Positions 1 to 9,206 of a stretch of 28,825 nt of DNA are shown here, piece after piece. The notes beneath the pieces are model-generated. The model saw nothing but the letters and a program-made list of their open reading frames with translations, ran no database searches and was not told the DNA's origin. Origin of the DNA: an uncultured archaeon (GTDB taxonomy: Archaea > Asgardarchaeota > Lokiarchaeia > Sigyniarchaeales > SOKP01); contig CAYUTF010000018.1 of the NCBI GenBank assembly GCA_964447495.1, forward strand, positions 1 through 28,825. Direction: 5' to 3'. Position numbers and translations under genes: made by a program. The number at the start of each line of letters is the position of its first letter. Position 1 is the first letter of the stretch.

Positions 1-141
1 ATCTTGTTCATTATCACTTAAATAAGGATTTAACTAACTTTTAAACAATAATGTAGAAATTATACAAATACCTTATATGATACTTTAATAGATATATTTT
101 AAAAACTTGAAGAGCTGGTGCTATAAATTACACAAAAAATA

Positions 142-339
142 TTGTATAAGACTTTTGAGCAAATCTGTCTTGATAAATTAAAGGAAATAGGAATATCTAC
201 AGCTGCAGAATGGGCTGCGGCTATGGGATATATACACAGAGGGTCTTTAGCCAAAGTAATCAATCGAATCAGAAAAAGCTCTCCTGAAAAACTAAAAATA
301 TATCATAATAGAAAACCACGACGATATGAGGCAGTATAA
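142..339 (+). CDS. Small basic helix-turn-helix/winged-helix-like protein
   Basis: 65 aa, TTG start. The segment STAAEWAAAMGYIHRGSLAKVINRI has an HTH-like pattern, followed by a basic beta-wing-like tail (KIYHNRKPRRYEAV). Confidence 0.55.
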   Translation: MYKTFEQICLDKLKEIGISTAAEWAAAMGYIHRGSLAKVINRIRKSSPEKLKIYHNRKPRRYEAV

Positions 340-376
340 TCATATTTGAAGTAACATTTTGCTTTATTCTTAGAAA

Positions 377-1216
377 TTATTCATCATATAATTTGCGATT
401 TTCAATTAAAGAGTAGAATTTTAAGAGAACCCCTAAAATTAAGCTTAATTCTTTCTTAGTTATCAAAGAACGTTCAAATACGTGTTTAAAGGCGAGATAC
501 ACATTATTTTTCTTATAATATCGAATTTTTATTTTTTTGATTATACTATTTATCGTTGTAAGCAAGAGTTGCCTTTCTTCTCGATCAGCTAATAATACGG
601 GTTTTTTGCCACTTCCTATTTTCAAGTCATTCAATTTTATAAACAATTCATATAAAATAATACCACATGCATGAGATATATTCAGTGTGGGATAAGATTC
701 GCTGGTTGGTATTCTTAATATTATATCTGCAAGATTCATTTCGTCATTGGTTAATCCTCGAGACTCTCTTCCAAAAATAACGGCGATTTTTAACGGTTGG
801 TCAGAAATAGGCAAATTAAAATCTTCAGGAAAGATTGCACTTCGTGTCAAATTGGTATATTTTCTTCCTTTTGCTGTGGTAGCAATGATAAAATCGAATT
901 CATTTAATAAGTTTGTAAGTTCATTAAAGTGATTCAGTTCATTTTTAATTTGAATTACCTGTGCTTTAAAAAGTATATTTTTTCCATGCATAGCGAAGCC
1001 TTGGGTCTCGTAGCTGAATATTTTTTCTAATTTTTCTAAAGGATTAAATAATACTAAATCTGTAAATTCAAAGTTTGCCATTATACGAGCTATAGAACCT
1101 ATGTTTCCAGAATGCTCAGGTTGGATTAATATCACAGTAAATTGGAGATTTTTATATTTTTTAGCTACTTTTGTTTCCTGAAATGTGTCTAATTCTATCT
1201 TTTTCTTATTTTTCAT
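377..1216 (-). CDS. trmJ: TrmJ/LasT-family SPOUT RNA methyltransferase
   Basis: SPOUT motifs VILIQPEHSGNIGSIARIMANF, IAVIFGRESRGLTNDE and YPTLNISHACGIILYEL. Confidence 0.88.
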   Translation of the reverse strand: MKNKKKIELDTFQETKVAKKYKNLQFTVILIQPEHSGNIGSIARIMANFEFTDLVLFNPLEKLEKIFSYETQGFAMHGKNILFKAQVIQIKNELNHFNELTNLLNEFDFIIATTAKGRKYTNLTRSAIFPEDFNLPISDQPLKIAVIFGRESRGLTNDEMNLADIILRIPTSESYPTLNISHACGIILYELFIKLNDLKIGSGKKPVLLADREERQLLLTTINSIIKKIKIRYYKKNNVYLAFKHVFERSLITKKELSLILGVLLKFYSLIENRKLYDE

Positions 1217-1538
1217 TTAAAATGAACCTTCTTTGGGAAGAAGCTTTATAATTAGCAAATTTAATTGATGATAAAAATGTTTTTAAAAAAGCTTATAGTA
1301 AAGAGGATTAGAATTAAATAAAAAAAATATAATACAATTCAATCTTAATTAGTCATTCCTTCTCAAACGTATAATATGGAATGAGCCTTACCGCAAATTA
1401 GATTTAATTAGAATGAATGTATAATATATATATATATAAATATCTGTCCTTTTTTTTAATTACTATATTATTTAATAATTTTTAGTAAAGGATATTTCAG
1501 TATCAACATCCTTATAATAATGACTATATTTAGACGAT

Positions 1539-2144
1539 TTGACTATTAGCATGTTAGATTTCAAAAAAATATTGAATTATCTTGAATTTATTAATATTAG
1601 TAATGATGAATTTACTATTTTTGAATGGAAACCTCCAAAGTCTTATAAAAGTTATATGCTTGATTTGAATATAGTTAAGCAAAATAGAATGAGTAATATT
1701 TTCTTTCATCTTAACAAAGGAAATTTAAAAATAGTTCATATTCGAAAAGGTAATTTAATTTATTCTGCGGGTTCCACCAATGAAATACAGTTTCAGTTAT
1801 TAGAAGCACTAATCGAATATATATCAAAAGAATTTTATGAAGTATGGGATGTGGATTATGTTCTTAGCTATGAAAATTTTACTCCATCTATTTTTCATCC
1901 TTTTAAAAAGAATATTGAAGATATTGTGGAGAGATTTCATAAATTAGATTTAATCAAAGTAATTAATGTTGAATGTATGGTGTGTAATAAAATACTTCCC
2001 TTAATAGTAAAAATAAGTTTAATTGAAAATGCTGAATCATATCCCGTCCCAATTGTCTTTGATCATGTAGGTCATTCAATTCTCTGCTATATTGATAAAA
2101 ATTTTAGTGTACGTGGGGTAGAGCTAGTAAATAAAACAGGTTAA
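1539..2144 (+). CDS. Hypothetical protein; possible longin/roadblock-like N-terminus and C-terminal CxxC/His metal-binding module
   Basis: 201 aa ORF, TTG start (alternative ATG at 1551). The C-terminus has CMVC...YPVPIVFDHVGHSILCYIDKNFSVRGVE. The fold call is inference. Confidence 0.6.
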   Translation: MTISMLDFKKILNYLEFINISNDEFTIFEWKPPKSYKSYMLDLNIVKQNRMSNIFFHLNKGNLKIVHIRKGNLIYSAGSTNEIQFQLLEALIEYISKEFYEVWDVDYVLSYENFTPSIFHPFKKNIEDIVERFHKLDLIKVINVECMVCNKILPLIVKISLIENAESYPVPIVFDHVGHSILCYIDKNFSVRGVELVNKTG

Positions 2145-2229
2145 ATAATCGATGTACCATTAATTTCGATGGTAATAATTTTAAATTAATAAGCAAATTA
2201 TTAATATATCATTTTTATTAATTAATATT

Positions 2230-3231
2230 ATGGCTGATAAGAAAGACTCAGAAGAGGATCTCTTTTTTGAAGATATCGTAAAAAAGACTAAAACTGGTAT
2301 TACTTTCCCTAAAGAGCTAAGAGAAGATCTATTTAATGAAAATGATGAAGTCTATTTTAAAATAATAGTTCCAAAAGAGAAAAATAAGATCATTTTAGAA
2401 ATGATTTCTCAAGAAGAAGCAAAAAATCATACTAAAAAAGGCATTCCTGATGCTGAAAAGCAAACAAAATCTAATATTAAATCAATAGGAGGTGCAAAAT
2501 ACAGTAAAGCAATTTTAGCTCCAAATTGGGGTGAATATTTCGTTTATGATTTTAAAAGTAAAGAAAAGGTTAAACCGATTTTAGAATCGGCATTTTATAA
2601 ATTTGCTGAGACTCCTATCAATTTAGAAGATGCCATGGGGCGTTTAAAATATGCATTAGTCTCGTTTTTAAGTTCTACAAAAACAGAGAATGCCAAATTA
2701 TATTTTTCTGTTATTAAATTCCTCATCGATATTATTGAAAAGTTTAATTTACCTAACTTATTAGACTGGATCTTTGAAAAGATTATCCCTAATATTGATA
2801 GCAAATTTCTTTATGAACAAGCGCTTTTAGAATTAATCGAGGTGAGTTTAAAAACTAAACGCTATGAAAAAGCAGAACTGTTTATATTTTATGTATTAAA
2901 AAATATCGATGATTATCCGAAGTCAGAATTATATAATATTTTCAATTCATTCAAAGAATTAGTCAAAAAAGTAAGATTTGTTGAAAGAACCGAAAAAATT
3001 GATACCCTACTTAAGGAAAAACTCTTAGAATATGGTGAAGGGGCACAAGATCCGGACTATAAAATTCAAATTGTTGAATTTTTGGAAGATTTGAATTATA
3101 TTGAATTTGCTTATAAATTGGCTAAAGAAATACAGAGAAGTTTGCCCCCTGAAAGTAGTAAAGTTCAGGAGGTAAGAAAAATAATAAAACGATTATATAC
3201 CACACCTATTACAGAAAACAAGAGAGAATAA
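2230..3231 (+). CDS. AbrB/SpoVT-like N-terminal DNA-binding domain fused to an alpha-helical repeat domain
   Basis: N-terminal KKTKTGITFPKELREDLFNENDEVYFKII matches the AbrB-type GxITxPKxxRxxL pattern. The C-terminal ~230 aa are amphipathic helical repeats. Confidence 0.6.
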   Translation: MADKKDSEEDLFFEDIVKKTKTGITFPKELREDLFNENDEVYFKIIVPKEKNKIILEMISQEEAKNHTKKGIPDAEKQTKSNIKSIGGAKYSKAILAPNWGEYFVYDFKSKEKVKPILESAFYKFAETPINLEDAMGRLKYALVSFLSSTKTENAKLYFSVIKFLIDIIEKFNLPNLLDWIFEKIIPNIDSKFLYEQALLELIEVSLKTKRYEKAELFIFYVLKNIDDYPKSELYNIFNSFKELVKKVRFVERTEKIDTLLKEKLLEYGEGAQDPDYKIQIVEFLEDLNYIEFAYKLAKEIQRSLPPESSKVQEVRKIIKRLYTTPITENKRE

Positions 3232-3286
3232 TTGATGGTTTATAAAGATAAGGTAAATCGGATTTAATTATAAAAAACAGAAATTT

Positions 3287-4537
3287 TTATTTATTTTTAT
3301 CTTCTTCCTTATCAATCTTTTTCTCTTCCTCTTCAAAATATTGATCTGCTCGTTCTAGCTCATTTTCTAACAGTTTAAGTTCTTTTTCTTTTATCTTTTT
3401 CCCTTGTAATTCCAGTTCTACTCGAGATAATTCGTTTTCCTTTTCGATTAATTCTTCTTTTATTTTTAAAGTTTCTTCTTTTTTTTCAATTGCCATTTCT
3501 TCAATCTCTTTTTCTCTTAACTCAAGTTCAAGTTTTTTCTTTTTAATTTCTAAATCTTTCTTTTTCAGTTCTAACTCTTTATCTAAGATATCTGATTCTT
3601 CTTTCTTTATTATCTTCTTAACTTTTTTAGGTAATTCCTCCGTTTTAACTGGCTTTTCTATTTCTTGGTCGATCATTTCTTCTTTGAGTTTCAGAACCTT
3701 TTCTTTTTCGTGAATAATTTTTTCCTCAAGTTGCTTCTCCTTCTCTTCTAATTCCAATTTCTTCTTTTTTATTTCAATCTCTTTCTTTTTTAGTTCAATT
3801 TCTTTATCTATAATTTCGGCTTCTGCTTCTTCTAAACCTTCTTTCTCTTTTTCTTTTTCATCCTCTTCTTCTACAATCACTCCTATCCCCTCAATAGAAA
3901 CTATAGACTTCAATATAATATCCACCGACGCTTTCAAGTCTACATCTTCGGGGAATTCCTTAACATAATTAGTGATGATTTTAGTCACAAGAGCTGGTTT
4001 ATCTTTACCTATTGCAATTAAAGCTTGAATCGCTTTTTTTATTACAAAATCTTTCTCATCATTTAATTTATTGGCGATACCTTTAATTAATGACTCATCT
4101 TCAATACTCATTTCTCCTCCTGCAATAAAAATTATAAGCTGAAGATCTGCTTCCCTAACATTTGGATCATCTGAATTTAATAAATCTTCACTATAGGGTA
4201 AAAATATATCGCATTCATTCTCACACATTGATTTTAATAATAATAGAAATGAATAACGCAAGACAGAATCCCTTTTTGAAAGATTTTCTAATAAAGACGG
4301 GATATCAATAATTAATCTTTCAATAAGAAATCGAAGGACAATCCGACCACCATGCAAAAGCATGAGTGTCTCAATAACATCCTCAAGGCGATCTAAATAA
4401 TTATTATCGTTAGCATCACCGAGATAAAGAGCAATCATATTTACAACATCGTCAAATCGCTCATCTTTCAGGAAAACTTTTATTTTTTCTATTTCTGGAT
4501 TTTCTTGGGGTTTTTCACTCAATTTTTTCTCCTCCAT
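3287..4537 (-). CDS. HEAT-repeat protein with long charged coiled-coil C-terminus
   Basis: HEAT-like units LLNSDDPNVREADL and KLNDEKDFVIKKAIQAL. The ~190 aa E/K-rich tail contains an internal duplication. Confidence 0.75.
   Translation of the reverse strand: MEEKKLSEKPQENPEIEKIKVFLKDERFDDVVNMIALYLGDANDNNYLDRLEDVIETLMLLHGGRIVLRFLIERLIIDIPSLLENLSKRDSVLRYSFLLLLKSMCENECDIFLPYSEDLLNSDDPNVREADLQLIIFIAGGEMSIEDESLIKGIANKLNDEKDFVIKKAIQALIAIGKDKPALVTKIITNYVKEFPEDVDLKASVDIILKSIVSIEGIGVIVEEEDEKEKEKEGLEEAEAEIIDKEIELKKKEIEIKKKKLELEEKEKQLEEKIIHEKEKVLKLKEEMIDQEIEKPVKTEELPKKVKKIIKKEESDILDKELELKKKDLEIKKKKLELELREKEIEEMAIEKKEETLKIKEELIEKENELSRVELELQGKKIKEKELKLLENELERADQYFEEEEKKIDKEEDKNK
3440..3825 (-). repeat. 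Intragenic duplication of a ~55-aa coiled-coil unit (approximate limits)
   Basis: EAEIIDKEIELKKKEIEIKKKKLELEEKEKQLEE...LKLKEEMIDQE versus ESDILDKELELKKKDLEIKKKKLELELREKEIEE...LKIKEELIEKE. Confidence 0.75.
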
Positions 4538-4553
4538 CTTTTAAATTTTGATT

Positions 4554-5483
4554 TTAAACCCAAATTATATAAAATTCGTTATATAACCGAAAGATAATAT
4601 TAAATATTAGGCGTAAATCTCGATACCGAATAGAATTATTTACGTCGAGATGTAATTTAATTTTTAAATTTTCATTTTTGTCTATATACAAATTTATTTC
4701 TTTACAAAACTGGCTTAATGCATCAAGATCATTAGCAAACGTATTCCATAAATATTGATCTTTTTTATTATCTTCATTTTCAGGCGGTTTTTGACTAATT
4801 TTATTTAATATATCTCTAGGGATATATGTTTTAAGTTCAACACAGTCATCTGAGACTAAAGTTCGTTGAACCTCTGGAAAATATAATGATGAAAATAAAT
4901 CACTCAGACCTTTAACTATTTTTAAGTTTGCTATCTTTTCTCTATTGACATTACATAACACATACTTTTCCTTTAAAAAGATTATATGTATTTTTTCTTC
5001 AAATTTAAATATCAGATAATTTTTATCAGCAGTTAAGTGATATTGAAAATGTTCATCGCGATTTTTAATTCTATCATCAAAGATATCGATTGCAGCTTTA
5101 AAGTCCTCTTTTGATAAAAATTTATTTAATTTTCTATAATCTCCATGAAAAAAGATATCTAAGAAATCTATTAAATAAAGATAAGTATCAAATGGTTTGT
5201 ATATTACTGTTTTATTTCTAAAATCTCGTTGAATTATATTTTTATGGACACTATAACAAAATGTAGGTTGATCTTCAATAGTTAAACCATTTAATATTCG
5301 AAGTTTGAGTAAAAATCTCTTAGAACACATAGGTGAAAGGGTGCATAAAATTCTGTCACGCTCACATTCTTCAAAACATAATCTCTTTATCCGTTTATTT
5401 AATAATTCTAATAATTCTGTTTTTGATTTCGAGTCTAATTCCGTTGCTATAAATTTATCAATGTGTTCAGGTTGTAACGGCAT
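4554..5483 (-). CDS. Hypothetical protein with N-terminal Cys cluster
   Basis: 309 aa ORF containing CFEECERDRILCTLSPMC. It lies 16 bp upstream of the HEAT gene, so the two are probably co-transcribed. Confidence 0.65.
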   Translation of the reverse strand: MPLQPEHIDKFIATELDSKSKTELLELLNKRIKRLCFEECERDRILCTLSPMCSKRFLLKLRILNGLTIEDQPTFCYSVHKNIIQRDFRNKTVIYKPFDTYLYLIDFLDIFFHGDYRKLNKFLSKEDFKAAIDIFDDRIKNRDEHFQYHLTADKNYLIFKFEEKIHIIFLKEKYVLCNVNREKIANLKIVKGLSDLFSSLYFPEVQRTLVSDDCVELKTYIPRDILNKISQKPPENEDNKKDQYLWNTFANDLDALSQFCKEINLYIDKNENLKIKLHLDVNNSIRYRDLRLIFNIIFRLYNEFYIIWV

Positions 5484-5695
5484 TTTATAAAGATTTTTTT
5501 TATTTTCTTATTTTTATTTAAATTATAAAGAATAGAATTTATCTAATCTAATTTTAATTACTATTTTATCATTTGATAAATTATTCTATTAAAAATAATA
5601 ATCTTGAATTGTAAAAAAAATATATTAATCAGTATTTTTTATATTTTTATTAAGAATAATATTAAAGTTCCTTAAAAGAAAACATAAAGATAAAA

Positions 5696-7204
5696 ATGTT
5701 AAGGCAGCTTCATATTTTTTATAAAAAAGAGATAGTTTTCACTCATACCTATGCAATGGCGATTGGAGATGAGGAATTAAGTAATGTAAAAAAAGTTCTT
5801 AGTTCCTATTTGGAAATGCCAATGCCTGGTAAAACATTCCAACACCCCGGTTCTAATTTTCAAATATTCCATCGAAGTAGTAGCAATTTTCTCTTTTTAT
5901 TTATTACAGATTTAATAGATAACAAAGACTATATTGAAAATATACTTATTAGAATAATCGACAAATTTAGATCTCTTTTTCCTGAGTTAGAGTCTACGGA
6001 GAAATCTACATTATATAATGATGAAATAATAGGCTTTTTAAATCAACTACAACATAATATGCACTCCAAAATTGCAATTATGGGGCCATTTAACTCTGGA
6101 AAGACATTTCTTTATAATATGCTTAAAGATAATGAAGAACGTGAAATTGCCGATTTTGCTAAAGCAGCAATTTTTAATATAAATGAATTAAGTTTTGATT
6201 TATGGGATTTTCAATTAGCTGAAAACTTTCATGGTTTATGGGGCAAATTTATAAAGGGCTCCGACTTAATTTTACTTCTATTTGATGTTTCTAACTACAA
6301 TTTAAAAGTAATCGAACATTTCTTGCAATTACATAAACAAGAAAGCAATCTTTCAAAATTATTAATAATAGGTAATAAAGTAGATTTAGTTAATGAAGAA
6401 GAAATAAAGTTAAGTAAAAATCTACTTAATATTGGCGAATTTAAAAAAATTTCATTAAAAAAATCTGATGCTAAGCAGCAAATATTGGAGCTTATCTCAT
6501 TATCATTAGGTTTAAAAAAGAGCTTACCAGATAACTTTAATGCGATAATTAAAGAAGCTGAAAAATATGAAATTGATGAGAATTATGTTTTAGCTATATC
6601 AAAATATAAAGAGCTCATAAATATATGTAATAAATATCAAGACTTTTTATATATCTCCGAATTTAAGGAAAAATTACAAAATCTTTATAATAAGATTGAA
6701 AACTTTAAGAAATCACGACGCAAAGACGAAAGCAAACTTAAATTCGAGATTCCAGGTCAAATTAAGTTTCACAGTAAAATTAGTGTAAGTCCACTTCCAG
6801 CTGAAAGTAAGCAAGATTTAATAAAACCAGTACCTCCCAAAAAAATTTTCATTGAAATGCCCCTTGAGGGAAAATATGAAAAGAAAAAAGTAGAAAAACT
6901 AACGCTATTTACACAAGAGGATAAAGAAGTAGCTTCAAAAAAAGACTTCTTAAAATTTGAAGATATTAATTTAGATTTAACATCGAAAACTATTGAAGAA
7001 ACGGATTTACAAATAGAAAAAGAATTTACACCTTCAGATTTTCCTCAAAAACTTCAGGCTTTAATTGAAAACTATGGAAGCTCACTTAGTTTAAAATTAT
7101 GTGAGCATCTTATAAATGAGTTAAAAACAACACTCGCTCGACCTTTAACAACCAATGACCTAGAAACGGCAGCTGAAATATTTGTTAACCAAGAAAATTT
7201 TTAG
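5696..7204 (+). CDS. Longin-like domain + Arf/Rab-like small GTPase domain + helical (MIT/TPR-like) domain fusion
   Basis: N-terminal MLRQLHIF...FLFLFITDLIDN...IIDKF is longin-like. GTPase motifs: G1 GPFNSGKT, degenerate G3 LWDFQLA, G4 NKVD, G5 ISLK. These are followed by a helical hairpin (AEKYEIDENYVLAISKYKELI). Confidence 0.75.
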   Translation: MLRQLHIFYKKEIVFTHTYAMAIGDEELSNVKKVLSSYLEMPMPGKTFQHPGSNFQIFHRSSSNFLFLFITDLIDNKDYIENILIRIIDKFRSLFPELESTEKSTLYNDEIIGFLNQLQHNMHSKIAIMGPFNSGKTFLYNMLKDNEEREIADFAKAAIFNINELSFDLWDFQLAENFHGLWGKFIKGSDLILLLFDVSNYNLKVIEHFLQLHKQESNLSKLLIIGNKVDLVNEEEIKLSKNLLNIGEFKKISLKKSDAKQQILELISLSLGLKKSLPDNFNAIIKEAEKYEIDENYVLAISKYKELINICNKYQDFLYISEFKEKLQNLYNKIENFKKSRRKDESKLKFEIPGQIKFHSKISVSPLPAESKQDLIKPVPPKKIFIEMPLEGKYEKKKVEKLTLFTQEDKEVASKKDFLKFEDINLDLTSKTIEETDLQIEKEFTPSDFPQKLQALIENYGSSLSLKLCEHLINELKTTLARPLTTNDLETAAEIFVNQENF

Positions 7205-7225
7205 TTGTTTTTATCTCTAATTTTT

Positions 7226-8701
7226 TTAAATGAAAAATAGATTATAAAAGAAATATGGATTAATATAATATATTACAGCGTAAACTATTATAAAACCTAT
7301 TAAAATTACAGTAATTAAATAAATAAACAAAACAGGAATATTATAAGATGTTTCTTTTTTTAAATAAGAGCTCCTCTTACTTAAATATACTTGAATAAAA
7401 AAATGCGAAATACATAATAAAAGAATTAAAAGATATATTACCAATAACACTATTGTTAATGTAGTTATCAATGCTACAAGTGAGTTTATTTCAAGAACTA
7501 TTAATTCATAATGCAAAAAAAGAGAATTTAAATAAATTAAGCTCAACGGAAATATTAAGATCAATCCCGATAAAAACATAATTATTCCATAGATCTTATA
7601 TTTTAACCAAAAATTCCCTAAAGTTCGTACATTATCTTCATATGAATGATTCGCTATTTGAATAAATGTGGAAAATACAAGTAATTTTATTAACATTAAA
7701 CTTACGTAGAAAAAGATTAACGAATGTAGTAAATTTGTTAAAATTGGCGTAGACAATAAATAGATATTTGATAATAATAGTAAAATTAGATTAAAATCGC
7801 AAATAAAAGTATATCCCATTACTTTTTTTAGTGAATAGGTATATCCATCTTGGGAAGTGAATATTTCAAGTATGATATGATATATAGCAGTGACTAAACC
7901 CAAACTTGATAAGAACATCATTATTATGATGTTAAAAGATCTTGCCACATTAAAGATACTTAATAGTTGTATTATTCCAAATATCGATATAAAATTAAAA
8001 AGCATATAGATTAATAAATGAGAAAAACTAGTTTCTTGAAAGTAATTTTTTAAATGGTAAATAGAAAAAGGAAATATTCCACAAGGTATCCCTATACCTA
8101 AAATTATCAATATAGATATAATAATAGTATTCGTATAGGATAAACTTAATCCCCCTAAATTATAAAATTGCATTGTTCCCGCCTCTAGATAGAAAAATAT
8201 TGATGCTGTAAGGAGACATACTAGGCTTAAGAAGCAAACAATAAAGTACTTCTTTAATAGAGAAAATTCTTTCTTAAACTCCCCAAAATAAAAAATTATT
8301 CCGATAAGCATTATTGCTAGAAAGAAATATGATAAAAAGGCTAAGAAATTTATACTGATTACAATTCCGATGAGAGAGAGAAAAATAATTAATGAAATTG
8401 CATCAAATAAGTACGCATTTTGAAAATCTTTTAATTCATACTTATTAAAGATCGAGAAAACAAATTGAAATAAAAAAATGAATTCCATAAAAAAATATTG
8501 ATTATGTGAAATGAGAATATTAAAGAAGATTTCTTGATTTGGAAATACACTATTAATAATTAATAGAATACTATTTATTATAAGATTTCCAGAAGAGAGA
8601 AGCAAATAGATCTTTTTTCGGAGTTCTATTTCTTTTAATATTGACATTAGTATGGCCCCAACCACTAAAGAAATAAGAGGGATAATGGCAATAAAAAACA
8701 T
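7226..8701 (-). CDS. Proton-conducting membrane transporter-like protein (MrpD/NuoN/MbhH family), divergent
   Basis: About 13-14 hydrophobic segments. GIGIPCGIFPF resembles GxxxKxGxxPxH, and SLKKVMGY resembles DLKRLLAYS. KYFIV and RTLGNFW lie at family-typical positions. Confidence 0.65.
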   Translation of the reverse strand: MFFIAIIPLISLVVGAILMSILKEIELRKKIYLLLSSGNLIINSILLIINSVFPNQEIFFNILISHNQYFFMEFIFLFQFVFSIFNKYELKDFQNAYLFDAISLIIFLSLIGIVISINFLAFLSYFFLAIMLIGIIFYFGEFKKEFSLLKKYFIVCFLSLVCLLTASIFFYLEAGTMQFYNLGGLSLSYTNTIIISILIILGIGIPCGIFPFSIYHLKNYFQETSFSHLLIYMLFNFISIFGIIQLLSIFNVARSFNIIIMMFLSSLGLVTAIYHIILEIFTSQDGYTYSLKKVMGYTFICDFNLILLLLSNIYLLSTPILTNLLHSLIFFYVSLMLIKLLVFSTFIQIANHSYEDNVRTLGNFWLKYKIYGIIMFLSGLILIFPLSLIYLNSLFLHYELIVLEINSLVALITTLTIVLLVIYLLILLLCISHFFIQVYLSKRSSYLKKETSYNIPVLFIYLITVILIGFIIVYAVIYYINPYFFYNLFFI

Positions 8702-8715
8702 TATTGACGTGATTA

Positions 8716-9075
8716 TTATGAATCACCAAGTTCTTGTTCATTTTTATCAATTATTTTATTAATATCTCCACTATCCAAAGAATAATTCTTCTTCTCAATG
8801 AAAATATCTTCATTTTCTCTCTCAATTACTTTAGGTCTTAATATAAAGAAGAGAAAATATAAAAGATTACAAATTAATAACAGTAAAAATATAAAACTGT
8901 AAATAGGGTTAGCAGGAAATATATTTACAACTACTAGACCAATATTATATATGTTTGAGTAAAGCATCTTTTTATTTTTATTTTTAATAATAAACATTAT
9001 CCAAATAAATATTAAAAAACAGCAAATTGTTAAAATAAATAATATATATGACAAAGGTTCAGAAGTTAGGCTCAT
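8716..9075 (-). CDS. Small 3-TM membrane protein with acidic tail
   Basis: 119 aa with three hydrophobic segments. It lies 14 bp upstream of the transporter-like gene. Confidence 0.6.
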   Translation of the reverse strand: MSLTSEPLSYILFILTICCFLIFIWIMFIIKNKNKKMLYSNIYNIGLVVVNIFPANPIYSFIFLLLLICNLLYFLFFILRPKVIERENEDIFIEKKNYSLDSGDINKIIDKNEQELGDS

Positions 9076-9095
9076 TTTTCATGAAATTGAATGAT

Positions 9096-9116
9096 ATATT
9101 AATTGTCAATTAATAT
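9096..9116. promoter_or_regulatory. Perfect 10-bp-arm palindrome, candidate operator
   Basis: ATATTAATTG-T-CAATTAATAT in a divergent intergenic region. Confidence 0.4.
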
Positions 9117-9206
9117 TATTTAACTTTCGAAATTTAAAAAATTTAATAGTAACGGTATAAATTATTAAATGTAAGATTTTATTAAAAAAATATCAAATGA
9201 AGTATT

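Noticed and set aside
1-11. Possible start of a minus-strand gene (ATG AAC AAG) running off the window
   Set aside because: Only three codons are visible, so it cannot be supported.
1266-1271. TGATGA as the C box of a C/D sRNA
   Set aside because: No CTGA D box was found at a suitable distance downstream.
3287-3870. T/C-rich repetitive DNA as a CRISPR array or satellite
   Set aside because: It is the reverse complement of Glu/Lys codons, with no identical repeats separated by unique spacers.
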